From: an uncultured virus (IMG/VR IMGVR_UViG_3300006919_000046)
Taxonomy: Duplodnaviria; Heunggongvirae; Uroviricota; Caudoviricetes
DNA: 64,000 bases
Direction: 5' to 3' (one strand)
IMG/VR virus record: IMGVR_UViG_3300006919_000046
Below, piece after piece: positions 12,001 to 20,404 of this stretch. A program made the translations under genes and the position numbers. Position 1 is the stretch's first letter. Each line of letters opens with the position of its first letter. Under the pieces are notes generated by a model that worked only from the letters and a program-made list of their open reading frames with translations, was not told where the DNA came from and searched no databases.

Positions 12001-14875
12001 CAAGTTCACCAGCACCAGTTTATTTGTAATATCACAAATCACAATTACATAATCTAAATAGTGATATTAAGATTATAAAAAATATATTTTTAAGTCATGC
12101 CCAACATCAGAGGAATATTTTCCCTTAAAGAAGCATTTAAATTTAAATTTTCCAATCAATGGGTTCCTCTGGATGAAGTTTGGATAGTACCTTCCCCAAG
12201 TTCTCCAAACACTGGTTACTTTGGTGGTGGTGTTCCTGCCACATCAATAATGGATAAGGTCACTTATTCAACAGATACCACAGCAGCAGTTCCTGGTGCC
12301 AATTTAAGTTTAGCACGTTTAGCTCTTGCTGCAACAGGTAATGGTACCAACGGTTACTTTGGTGGTGGTAATCCTGGTCCAAAATCAACAATGGATAAGG
12401 TCACTTATTCCACCGATACAACAGCAGCAGTTCCTGGTGCAGATTTAAGTTTAGCACGTTTTGGTGTTGCTGCAACAGGTAATAGTACCAATGGTTACTT
12501 TGGTGGTGGTGGTCCTGGTGGGGTATCAACAATGGATAAGGTCACTTATTCCACTGATACCACAGCAGCAGTTCCTAATGCCAATTTAAGTGCAGCACGT
12601 AGATATCTTGCTGCTACAGGTAACAGTACCAATGGTTACTTTGGTGGTGGTACTCCTACCACAGCAACAATGGATAAGGTCACTTATTCCACTGATACCA
12701 CAGCAGCAGTTCCTGGTGCAGATTTAAGTGTAGCACACTATGCTCTTGCTGCAACAGGCAACAGTACCAACGGTTACTTTGGTGGTGGTATTCCTAGCTC
12801 ACAATTAGTAGATAAGGTCACTTATTCCACTGATACCACAGGAGCACTTCCTTCTAGTGCAAATTTAAGTGTAGCAAGATATTATGTTTCTGCAACAGGT
12901 AATAGTACCAATGGTTACTTTGGTGGCGGTTTTCCTACCACAGCAACAATGGATAAGGTCACTTATTCAACAGATACCACAGGAGCACTTCCTTCTAGTG
13001 CAGATTTAAGTGTAGCAAGATATGCTCTTGCTGCATCAAGTGCTAGGGCAAATGGTCTTCCTGTAATAGAACCTCCAGCAACTAGATTTTCTGATGGTAC
13101 TCTTCCTACACCAAACACTGGTTACTTTGGTGGTGGTGCTCCTACCACAGCAACAATGGATAAGGTCACTTATTCAACAGATACCACAGCAGCAGTTCCT
13201 GGTGCAGATTTAAGTGTAGCACGGCGTGCTCTTGCTGCAACAGGTAATAGTACCAATGGTTACTTTGGTGGTGGTGATCCTGGTTCAAAGTCAACAATGG
13301 ATAAGGTCACTTATTCCACTGATACCACAGCAGCAGTTCCTGGTGCAGATTTAAGTTTAGCACGCTATGCTCTTGCTGCAACAGGCAATAGTACCAATGG
13401 TTACTTTGGTGGTGGTAATCCTGGTCCAGTAGCAACAATGGATAAGGTCACTTATTCAACAGATACCACAGCAGCAGCTCCTAGTGCCAATTTAAGTTCA
13501 GCACGATATCGTCTTGCTGCAACAGGCAATAGTACCAATGGTTACTTTGGTGGTGGTAATCCTGGTCCAGTAGCAACAATGGATAAGGTCACTTATTCAA
13601 CAGATACCACAGCAGCAGTTCCTGGTGCAGATTTAAGTGTAGTACGATATCGTCATGCTGCAACAGGCAATAGTACCAATGGTTACTTTGGTGGTGGTAG
13701 AATCCCTACTGTCACAGCAACAATTGATAAGGTCACTTATTCGACAGATACCACAGCAGCAGCTCCTAGTGCCAATTTAAGTTCAGCACGCTATGCTCTT
13801 GCCGCAACAGGCAATAGTACTAATGGTTACTTTGGTGGCGGTTTTCCTCTCACAGCAACAATGGATAAGGTCACTTATTCCACTGATACCACAGCAGCAG
13901 TTCCTAATGCCAATTTAAGTTCAGCACGATATCGTCTTGCTGCATCAAGTGCTAGGGCAAATGGACTTCCTGTAATAGAACCTCCAGCACCAACTCCAAC
14001 ATCTTCTACTTTTGACTCTATTTCACCAGCACCAAACACTGGTTACTTTGGTGGTGGTAGTACTGGTCCAGTAGCAACAATGGATAAGGTCACTTATTCC
14101 ACAGATACCACAGCAGCAGTTCCTGGTGCAAATTTAAGTGTAGCAAGATATGGTCTTGCTGGAACAGGTAATATTACTAATGGTTACTTTGGTGGTGGTA
14201 ATCCTACCACAGCAACAATGGATAAGGTCACTTATTCAACAGATACCACAGCAGCAGTTCCTGGTGCGGATTTAAGTGTAGCACGCTATTGGCTTGCTGC
14301 AACAGGTAATAGTACTAATGGTTACTTTGGTGGTGGTAATCCTGGTTCAAAGTCAACAATGGATAAGGTCACTTATTCCACAGATACAATATCATCACCC
14401 ACTAATGCCAATTTAACTGTAGCAAGATATGCTCTTGCTGCAACAGGTAATAATACTAATGGTTACTTTGGTGGTGGGCAGCCTTCAAGATCAACAATGG
14501 AAAAGGTCACTTATTCCACTGATACCACAGCAGCAGCTCCTGGTGCGAATTTACGTTCAGGACGTTATTTTCTTGCTGCAACAGGTAATAGTACTAATGG
14601 TTACTTTGGTGGTGGTAATCCTGGTCCAGTAGCAACAATGGATAAGGTCACTTATTCCACTGATACCGCAGCAGCAGTTCCTGGTGCAGATTTAAGTTTA
14701 GCACGGCGTGCTCTTGCTGCAACAGGTAATAATACTAATGGTTACTTTGGTGGTGGTAGAGTCCCTGCTCCCAGAGCAACAATGGATAAGGTCACTTATT
14801 CCACTGATACCACAGCAGCAGCTCCTGGTGCAGATTTAAGTATAGGACGATATTATCTTGCTGCATCAAGTGCTA
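6355..14875 (+). repeat. ~54 copies of a ~138-150-bp coding repeat across three genes
   Basis: Near-invariant cores such as acaatggataaggtcacttattc and ggttactttggtggtgg recur throughout. Confidence 0.95.
9153..12029 (+). CDS. Kelch-like repeat protein 2 (18 repeats)
   Basis: Same architecture as 6248..9088; ends PVYL. Confidence 0.75.
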   Translation: MPDTRGIFTFKKIYNLKVTDNGIPLDEVWISPSPFLTSTPNTGYFGGGITPAVTATMDKVTYSTDTTVAVPGANLTGGRRYIAATGNNNNGYFGGGGTPSAVSIMDKVNYVTETTLRSPSANLTAVRFSHGATGNSTNGYFGGGRLPSTTATMDKVTYSTDTTAAVPGADLSLARFNLAATGNSTNGYFGGGLPGSRSTMDKVTYSTDTTAAVPGADLSLARHSLAATGNSTNGYFGAGTGPSASIMDKVTYSTDTTGALPSSANLSLERYGYGATGNSTNGYFGGGGFPLTATMDKVTYSTDTTAAVPGADLSVARGFLAASSARANGLPTGTFSSEPLSLPPNRFSDGIFSTPNTGYFGSGDIFGPKTTVDKITYSNDTTGAVPNAYLSVGRNGLTATGNGADGYFGGGSGFSSIEKITYSTDTTAALPSSANLSGAKYGVAATGNSTNGYFGGGDFPAVSTMDKVTYSTDTTAAVPGADLSVARFGVAATGNSTNGYFGGGRSSSNDVTTMDKVTYSTDTTAAVPGADLSVARRVLAATGNSTNGYFGGGLPTTATMDKVTYSTDTRAAVPGADLSVARSYPAATGNSTNGYFGGGQPTTAATDKVTYSTDTTGALPSSANLSLGRANLGASSARANGLPVIEPPAPTPTSSTFSAQSPNTGYFGGGVPGPVATMDKVTYSTDTTAAAPGANLSAARYGVAATGNSTNGYFGGGASPITATMDKVTYSTDTTAAVPSADLSVARFYLAATGNSTNGYFGGGSPNTAIMDKVTYSTDTTGALPSSANLSVARFYLAATGNSTNGYFGGGSPTTAIMDKVTYSTDTTAAAPSANLSVARFYLAATGNSTNGYFGGGIPGPVATMDKVTYSTDTTAAAPGADLSVARWVFAATGNSTNGYFGGGLTGPLATMDKVTYSTDTTAAVPGADLSLARYGLAASSARANGLPVTSSPAPVYL

Positions 14876-14919
14876 GTCTTCCGTCAACAACAATTTCACC
14901 AACACCAGTTTATTTGTAA
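12097..14919 (+). CDS. Kelch-like repeat protein 3 (18 repeats)
   Basis: Same architecture; ends PVYL. Confidence 0.75.
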   Translation: MPNIRGIFSLKEAFKFKFSNQWVPLDEVWIVPSPSSPNTGYFGGGVPATSIMDKVTYSTDTTAAVPGANLSLARLALAATGNGTNGYFGGGNPGPKSTMDKVTYSTDTTAAVPGADLSLARFGVAATGNSTNGYFGGGGPGGVSTMDKVTYSTDTTAAVPNANLSAARRYLAATGNSTNGYFGGGTPTTATMDKVTYSTDTTAAVPGADLSVAHYALAATGNSTNGYFGGGIPSSQLVDKVTYSTDTTGALPSSANLSVARYYVSATGNSTNGYFGGGFPTTATMDKVTYSTDTTGALPSSADLSVARYALAASSARANGLPVIEPPATRFSDGTLPTPNTGYFGGGAPTTATMDKVTYSTDTTAAVPGADLSVARRALAATGNSTNGYFGGGDPGSKSTMDKVTYSTDTTAAVPGADLSLARYALAATGNSTNGYFGGGNPGPVATMDKVTYSTDTTAAAPSANLSSARYRLAATGNSTNGYFGGGNPGPVATMDKVTYSTDTTAAVPGADLSVVRYRHAATGNSTNGYFGGGRIPTVTATIDKVTYSTDTTAAAPSANLSSARYALAATGNSTNGYFGGGFPLTATMDKVTYSTDTTAAVPNANLSSARYRLAASSARANGLPVIEPPAPTPTSSTFDSISPAPNTGYFGGGSTGPVATMDKVTYSTDTTAAVPGANLSVARYGLAGTGNITNGYFGGGNPTTATMDKVTYSTDTTAAVPGADLSVARYWLAATGNSTNGYFGGGNPGSKSTMDKVTYSTDTISSPTNANLTVARYALAATGNNTNGYFGGGQPSRSTMEKVTYSTDTTAAAPGANLRSGRYFLAATGNSTNGYFGGGNPGPVATMDKVTYSTDTAAAVPGADLSLARRALAATGNNTNGYFGGGRVPAPRATMDKVTYSTDTTAAAPGADLSIGRYYLAASSASLPSTTISPTPVYL

Positions 14920-14970
14920 TATCATCAATCTCAATTACATAATCTAAATAATGCAACAACAAAAAAAAAT

Positions 14971-15633
14971 ATGATTGAAAATCCTTTATCTTATGTTCTT
15001 ATTAGACCAAATGCGATTAACAAAGAAGGACTACAAGAACTTATACAACACATAGAATCTTCAGCATCAGAAGATCTTTCTATTTTTGATCCACATGAAA
15101 CAAATAGAACAGGAAAAATATCTTGGTCCGTAAATAAAAATACCAGAGATACTCAAATTGTTCCAATAGGAAATTTGTATCTAAAAATTGAAGACCTACT
15201 GAAAAAGTGCGTAAGTCAAATTATAAATCCATTCTATGATATTGAGATTGATTCTAGTGAATTTCCTCAAATACTTTCATATGGTATTGGTGGACATTAT
15301 AAACCTCATGTGGATGGTGAAAGTATTTGGGTATCCCCCACAGGAGAAAAAATATGGAAAAAAAGTACAGATAGAGATATATCTACCGTATTTTTCCTAA
15401 ATGACAATTTTGAAGGTGGAGATTTTGTGTTTCCGGAATTAAAAATTAGAATAAGACCCGAACCGGGAATGATGGTATGTTTCCCATCAAATCATTTTTA
15501 CGTTCATGGAGTAGAACCAGTTACGAGAGGAAAAAGATATTCTATAGTAACTTGGTCTACGATAAAGGGTTTTGTTTCTATGGATGATATAAACAAGGAA
15601 TTGTCGCATAAATATGGAATCAATGTAATATAA
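14971..15633 (+). CDS. Prolyl-4-hydroxylase-like 2OG-Fe(II) oxygenase
   Basis: YKPHVD, FLNDNFEGGDFVF and HGVEPVTRGKRYSIVTW. Confidence 0.9.
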   Translation: MIENPLSYVLIRPNAINKEGLQELIQHIESSASEDLSIFDPHETNRTGKISWSVNKNTRDTQIVPIGNLYLKIEDLLKKCVSQIINPFYDIEIDSSEFPQILSYGIGGHYKPHVDGESIWVSPTGEKIWKKSTDRDISTVFFLNDNFEGGDFVFPELKIRIRPEPGMMVCFPSNHFYVHGVEPVTRGKRYSIVTWSTIKGFVSMDDINKELSHKYGINVI

Positions 15634-15636
15634 ATA
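15629..15636 (+). promoter_or_regulatory. T4-type late promoter TATAAATA
   Basis: Exact consensus about 22 nt upstream of ORF 15658. Confidence 0.65.
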
Positions 15637-15657
15637 TTTAAAAAATACTGGAAAAAA

Positions 15658-16059
15658 ATGCAATACATTAAGCACTACTGGGTAGAATGCGATTCTAGAA
15701 ACTACCTTTGCGAAACAAATAGCGCAAAAGCAAAAACACATCCCGTATTAGAATATCCAGGTCTAGATGTAAAAATTTGGGCACAGGACTCTAGTGGAAT
15801 TGATATTTGTTTATCCGAAGTTCCTGATAATGTAACTATTACAGATATCATTGATGGAAATAGTGGAAAAAAAGCAGTTCAAAAAATTACATTTGACCAA
15901 TTTTCTAGTATAAAGACTTATTTTGATCAGCATGATTCTCTTATCGAAGAATCTTTCCAAGCAGAATTTTCTGGAGATGAATCTACTGCAGAGGCAAAAA
16001 GAATTGAAGCAGAAGCAAAAAGAAATGAAGGAATTTCAGAAATTCATAACATTCTTTAA
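15658..16059 (+). CDS. Hypothetical protein
   Basis: 133-aa ORF downstream of a late promoter. Confidence 0.7.
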   Translation: MQYIKHYWVECDSRNYLCETNSAKAKTHPVLEYPGLDVKIWAQDSSGIDICLSEVPDNVTITDIIDGNSGKKAVQKITFDQFSSIKTYFDQHDSLIEESFQAEFSGDESTAEAKRIEAEAKRNEGISEIHNIL

Positions 16060-16188
16060 ATTTTTATAGAATATATTGTAAACAAAGATTCTTACTAAAT
16101 TGAGAATAATACAATCTTCCAGAAGAATTCGTAAACATCTTTGCTGCCTGATAAATCCGTAACAACATTCTACATCAAAATCAATGGC

Positions 16189-16217
16189 TTGACAAGCATC
16201 TAATTTCTCTGTAGAAT
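16189..16217 (+). promoter_or_regulatory. sigma70-type early promoter
   Basis: TTGACA-17 bp-TAGAAT. Confidence 0.8.
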
Positions 16218-16256
16218 ACCTTTGTTAGGGTTCAGGTTAATTATAGCTAAGATTAT

Positions 16257-16748
16257 ATGAAGATTATAGAGAGACACAGATATAAAGATAAGGAGATATT
16301 TCAGACTCGAAGATTGACTTTTGAACCCTTTGAATATACCGAAAAGAATATGTGTTTGGTGATAGGTTTGATTCGCAAGAATCTATCACCAGATTTACTT
16401 AAAGGTAGAAAGTCTTTAATGTATCCTGATGATATAAAGTTTAATCGTTGTTATGGTCACTGCTATCATTCAAGTCAAGCATTAGTTTATCTGATGAATA
16501 CTGATTTACTATACCCAATGAGTGCTGAAGATTATAGAGGAGAAAAGCACTGGTGGGTACAGAATGGAGATAAAATTTATGACTGTACTGCGGAGCAGTA
16601 CTTTTCCGTAGGAAAATTACCACCACATGAACAAGGAAAGAAGAGTCGTTGGTATGGATGGAAAGAACGTCCTCAACAAATATCCTTGGAGTTAATGAAG
16701 AGAGTATTAGGTGAGCGTTTGTTAACAGATGAAATCATACATGCTTGA
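16257..16748 (+). CDS. Hypothetical protein with a possible Cys-His-Asp (transglutaminase-like) triad
   Basis: GHCY...HWW...IYDCTAEQY. Confidence 0.55.
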   Translation: MKIIERHRYKDKEIFQTRRLTFEPFEYTEKNMCLVIGLIRKNLSPDLLKGRKSLMYPDDIKFNRCYGHCYHSSQALVYLMNTDLLYPMSAEDYRGEKHWWVQNGDKIYDCTAEQYFSVGKLPPHEQGKKSRWYGWKERPQQISLELMKRVLGERLLTDEIIHA

Positions 16749-16773
16749 CAAATCTCACTGAGCCCCTTAAAAT
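16745..16773 (+). promoter_or_regulatory. sigma70-type promoter overlapping repeat copy 1
   Basis: TTGACA (16745)-17 bp-TAAAAT (16768). Confidence 0.75.
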
Positions 16774-16831
16774 GTTCTAGTGATGTGAGGGAGATGCCTC
16801 TGGCAGTTTCCTCTCTTACATCCTTTACAAA

Positions 16832-17944
16832 ATGCTATTGGAGCAAATTATTATGTCTACTGCTGGAGTTGGATTCGGTAAGGTTACTTGCGCAGACCTT
16901 GATCCTAAGCAATATGAGGGTCGTTGGTCTAAAGAACAACTAAATGCCAAGCAAAAATATGGAAAGTTTGTAAAATTTGCCAAGATTGATATTTCTGGTT
17001 ACAAACTTTATGATGATGAATTGAATAACGTTGCAGTTCGCAGTGAGCAGAATAAGGATGATGCTACTGATGATATTGCATATAGTTATGAAGAGCACGG
17101 TTGGGATTATAATCCATTCCCACCAATCGTCTCTACTAAAGGAAAAATTAAAGATGGTCGTACCCGTATTCGTGCAGCACTTGTTGCGGGTTGGAAATAT
17201 ATTCTTGTTGCTATCTTCTCATATGATGAAGAAGTCAACGAAGAAGCATCTGATATTGTTAATGGTCTGATTGCCAACAATCACTTGGTTGCTCGTCGTG
17301 CAAATATGAACGACTTTGTGACTGCTGGTTGTGCAATGGTTAGCAAAGGACTTCTTAACTGCGATCAGGCATCTATTGATACCTGGCTTTATACTGAAGT
17401 TGGAATTGAAAGTTTCTATAGTAATATTGCGGGTACAATTACAAAGATTTCTAATCGTATTCTTAAAGAGTCTACACCAGATGGTGACCCAATTATTATT
17501 GATAAGACTCGTTCTGAGTGGATTGAGTACCTTGAAGATTGTAAAGAAGTCAAATCTCTGGGAATTTCTCTTCCAGACACCCCCAATCCTTTGAATGAGA
17601 ATCAGTTGGTTCTTTATTCTACTGGTAAGACTAATGCTCGGCGCTGCTGGGTTGACCAAATTCTTGCAAATACTACTCAGGGTCATCACACTCATATTGT
17701 TCTTTACTGTACTGAAAAAACTGCTGACAAGTTGCGTGAAGAAGTAAAGAACTTTACCAATGATCTTGAGATGTTCTATGCTCAAACTATTAAATTGATT
17801 AATAGTCAGTTGGCAGGAATTCAAATTGCTCTCCCTTCCGAGCGTCCTTTCACTATCATTGGCGCAATTCCCCAGTTTGCTGATGATGAGAAGCACAAAG
17901 AACTTCGCTCTATGAATCGTTTGATTCCTCTGGATAAATTGTGA
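16832..17944 (+). CDS. ParB/Srx-like N-terminal domain protein
   Basis: SYEEHGW...PPIV...IKDGRTRIRAA resembles the ParB-N DGxxR motif. Start may be 16853. Confidence 0.55.
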   Translation: MLLEQIIMSTAGVGFGKVTCADLDPKQYEGRWSKEQLNAKQKYGKFVKFAKIDISGYKLYDDELNNVAVRSEQNKDDATDDIAYSYEEHGWDYNPFPPIVSTKGKIKDGRTRIRAALVAGWKYILVAIFSYDEEVNEEASDIVNGLIANNHLVARRANMNDFVTAGCAMVSKGLLNCDQASIDTWLYTEVGIESFYSNIAGTITKISNRILKESTPDGDPIIIDKTRSEWIEYLEDCKEVKSLGISLPDTPNPLNENQLVLYSTGKTNARRCWVDQILANTTQGHHTHIVLYCTEKTADKLREEVKNFTNDLEMFYAQTIKLINSQLAGIQIALPSERPFTIIGAIPQFADDEKHKELRSMNRLIPLDKL

Positions 17945-17950
17945 AGAAAT

Positions 17951-17973
17951 GAGACTTTCGGGTCTCTTTTTTT
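17951..17973 (+). terminator. Intrinsic terminator with UUCG loop
   Basis: GAGACT-TTCG-GGTCTC followed by a T run, immediately before repeat copy 2. Confidence 0.85.
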
Positions 17974-18018
17974 ATCTGAGCCACTTAAACTGTTCTAGTA
18001 TTAGATTCCACCACCCAA

Positions 18019-18213
18019 ATGAAAACTGATCTAATTTGCGTCAAACCGAAGTCATCAAAGGCAAAAAATCGTTTTGCTAACATGATGAATAGCCTTCATA
18101 CATGTAGAGTGGAGAATCGTAAAGATGGGAAGATGTTTCTTGCATCTATCAGTGGCAAATACTGGTTCTGGATGAGTGAGGGATCTGATGACCATTGGGA
18201 GGTTGTTAAATAG
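18019..18213 (+). CDS. Small hypothetical phage protein
   Basis: First ORF after repeat copy 2. Confidence 0.7.
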   Translation: MKTDLICVKPKSSKAKNRFANMMNSLHTCRVENRKDGKMFLASISGKYWFWMSEGSDDHWEVVK

Positions 18214-18234
18214 ATGTAATCCTGGAGGATTGCC

Positions 18235-18396
18235 ATGTTAGAGTTAATGCTGTCTCTAGAACTTTCTTGCTCCGATTTCAATAGAATTGCAAACAGAATG
18301 TTTGATAACAATTCTATCACCCAATCAGAAAAGCAAGAGATTCTACAAACTCTCAAGGAATACTCAGATTGTCCCATTGAACTAGAATCCAAATGA
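18235..18396 (+). CDS. Small hypothetical protein (53 aa, not in ORF track)
   Basis: GGAGG RBS, then MLELMLSLELSCSDF...; stop overlaps the next ATG. Confidence 0.6.
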   Translation: MLELMLSLELSCSDFNRIANRMFDNNSITQSEKQEILQTLKEYSDCPIELESK

Positions 18397-18602
18397 AAGA
18401 CCAGAACAGTATTCCTGACGGTGAATCTAAAGAAGATAAGATGTTGAGGGGACTTGACATCTTTATCGAATCTGTTCACAAACCAGATTCATCACTTCGC
18501 CAATGTGCACACAATCAAAAGTGTTACAATGAACTGATGGAAGTTCGAGAAGAAGTTCTTAAGTATCTTCACACAATGAGGTGTAGATATGGCGGACACT
18601 GA
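18393..18602 (+). CDS. Small hypothetical phage protein
   Basis: Coupled to the previous ORF by an ATGA overlap. Confidence 0.65.
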   Translation: MKDQNSIPDGESKEDKMLRGLDIFIESVHKPDSSLRQCAHNQKCYNELMEVREEVLKYLHTMRCRYGGH

Positions 18603-18834
18603 TCCTACAGCACCTTGGTATGAATTCATCTCTTATTTGAGATGTTGTGAGAGTTTAGGTATTAGACCATCAATGCAAAGATTCCTTTATTACCAACAAA
18701 ACTATGGACACTTGTGATGACTGAAAGAACACATAAATGGAGAGAAATCTTCGGTGAAATTACAGCAGACAATGGATACTATGAGTTTGGAAAAGTCAAC
18801 TTTTACAATCTCACTTCACTAATCGAAGATCTTT

Positions 18835-19311
18835 ATGTTAGAATTGAAGAACTTGAGGAGAAACTCAATGACAAAGGAAATTGATTCAAAAACAGTTGAC
18901 TTGCTTCATCAAAACATGAAGTGTCGTCTTTTTGATATAGTTGGAGAGTATCTTGATGATGATAACTATTCGAGTGTGACATTCTTCACAGATCTAATGG
19001 ATGCTTTGAAAGACTGGAAGGAGTATCATCACAAGAAATTAGAAAAGGTAAATCTGGCAATGTCATTGATTACTGGAGATACTCCAAGTCCAGTTGGTGA
19101 TTTTAGTCTTTCTGATAGAAGTATTATTCAGTTTAATACAAATTATACAGAAGAAGAACTGAATGCAATGTGCGATAAAGCAGCATCAGATCAGGAAAAA
19201 GAAAAGTGTCGTGATTATAATCTGCGTGAAGCAGAATACTACAATCAACGTGCTAAAATTGATATTGCATCTACCAAGAAAGATTGGGATGATTTTTGGG
19301 AGCATAAATGA
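18835..19311 (+). CDS. Hypothetical protein (probable start 18868)
   Basis: ORF in an operon; ATGA overlap with the next gene. Confidence 0.65.
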   Translation: MLELKNLRRNSMTKEIDSKTVDLLHQNMKCRLFDIVGEYLDDDNYSSVTFFTDLMDALKDWKEYHHKKLEKVNLAMSLITGDTPSPVGDFSLSDRSIIQFNTNYTEEELNAMCDKAASDQEKEKCRDYNLREAEYYNQRAKIDIASTKKDWDDFWEHK

Positions 19312-19646
19312 AAGAGGTTAATTTGTTTCCTTATGAAACCTTTGGGTTCCGATTGGAGCACAAAGATGATGGTAAAGTCTGTTGGTTTTCATGTCAGGAA
19401 CATCTTGACAAATACATAGACAGACACAAACTTAAACCAAAAGAAATTAAACTTGATTATAAAAATGGAAAACCCAATCGCACACGTAAAACTCACAAGA
19501 GAAACCTGGAGCAAAAGTCTCAACCGAAAAGTAACAGAAGTTCAAGTCCAGTTCGCAAAAGAGGAACCCGCATGGATTCCACTCGAAACACTAGCAGCAA
19601 TGACAAGACTTCTGGAAGAAAGAGAAAGGGCATGGGTAAAAAATGA
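19308..19646 (+). CDS. Hypothetical cyanophage protein with basic tail
   Basis: FPYETFGFRLEH...CWFSCQEHLDKYI N-terminal domain. Confidence 0.6.
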   Translation: MKEVNLFPYETFGFRLEHKDDGKVCWFSCQEHLDKYIDRHKLKPKEIKLDYKNGKPNRTRKTHKRNLEQKSQPKSNRSSSPVRKRGTRMDSTRNTSSNDKTSGRKRKGMGKK

Positions 19647-19790
19647 CCGATGAAATGAAACTTCACCTTGCTCTTGTTCAGGTGAATAATCTTTGCAATT
19701 TATTTGAAGGAAATGAGTACGAACAATTTCTTCACAATAAACTTGTAAGTATCGAAGTCGAAGTTAAACGTCAACTCTCAAACTATCAAA

Positions 19791-20006
19791 ATGCCCGAAG
19801 AAAAACAATTTTATGATGATGGTGCTTTCTATGTGGAGCAATCACGTTGGAAAATGTGGAACTCTTATGACAAAGATGGTAAATGTATTCTTACATCACT
19901 TACTGAGAAAAACTGCGTGAGCGCCACAAGATTTTTTTTAAAAATGCGACAAGACGGTTGGGGAGATTCAGTCACTCATGAAGGAACTGTTGGTGGTAAG
20001 TTGTAA
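19791..20006 (+). CDS. Small hypothetical cyanophage protein
   Basis: 71-aa ORF ending GTVGGKL. Confidence 0.65.
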   Translation: MPEEKQFYDDGAFYVEQSRWKMWNSYDKDGKCILTSLTEKNCVSATRFFLKMRQDGWGDSVTHEGTVGGKL

Positions 20007-20047
20007 GAATCATAAACTAAATATGATTAGGATAGTAGTTACGAGAG

Positions 20048-20386
20048 ATGTCAACTTTAGCAGTTAATATTGTAATTGAGCAGGGAGAGGATTTTGATTC
20101 TACTTTTAAGATTCTGAATCCCGATAATAGTATCCCAAGTCTTGCATCTTATACTGTTGAATCGAATCTGAAAAAGCATCCTGGTGCTACTACTTCTTAC
20201 AATTTAAATCCAACAATAGATACCACACTTGGTATTACAACAGTATCTCTGGGATCTTCTGTCACAAAAAACTTAGATCCTGGTAGATACTATTATGATA
20301 TATTTTTAATTTCCCCAGCAGGAAAAAGAACCAAAAGATTTGAGGGAAATGCAATAGTAAATGGATCTGCGACTCTTCCTTCATAA
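20048..20386 (+). CDS. Small virion structural protein
   Basis: NIVIEQGEDF...GRYYYDI...EGNAIV pattern, typical of cyanomyophage structural proteins. CTAAATA late-type promoter upstream. Confidence 0.65.
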   Translation: MSTLAVNIVIEQGEDFDSTFKILNPDNSIPSLASYTVESNLKKHPGATTSYNLNPTIDTTLGITTVSLGSSVTKNLDPGRYYYDIFLISPAGKRTKRFEGNAIVNGSATLPS

Positions 20387-20404
20387 TAAATATTTAAAAT
20401 CAAA

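Noticed and set aside
6248..14919. Diversity-generating retroelement acting on the propeller loops
   Set aside because: No reverse transcriptase or non-coding template repeat in the window, and the variation includes length changes rather than adenine-only substitutions. An RT elsewhere in the genome cannot be excluded.
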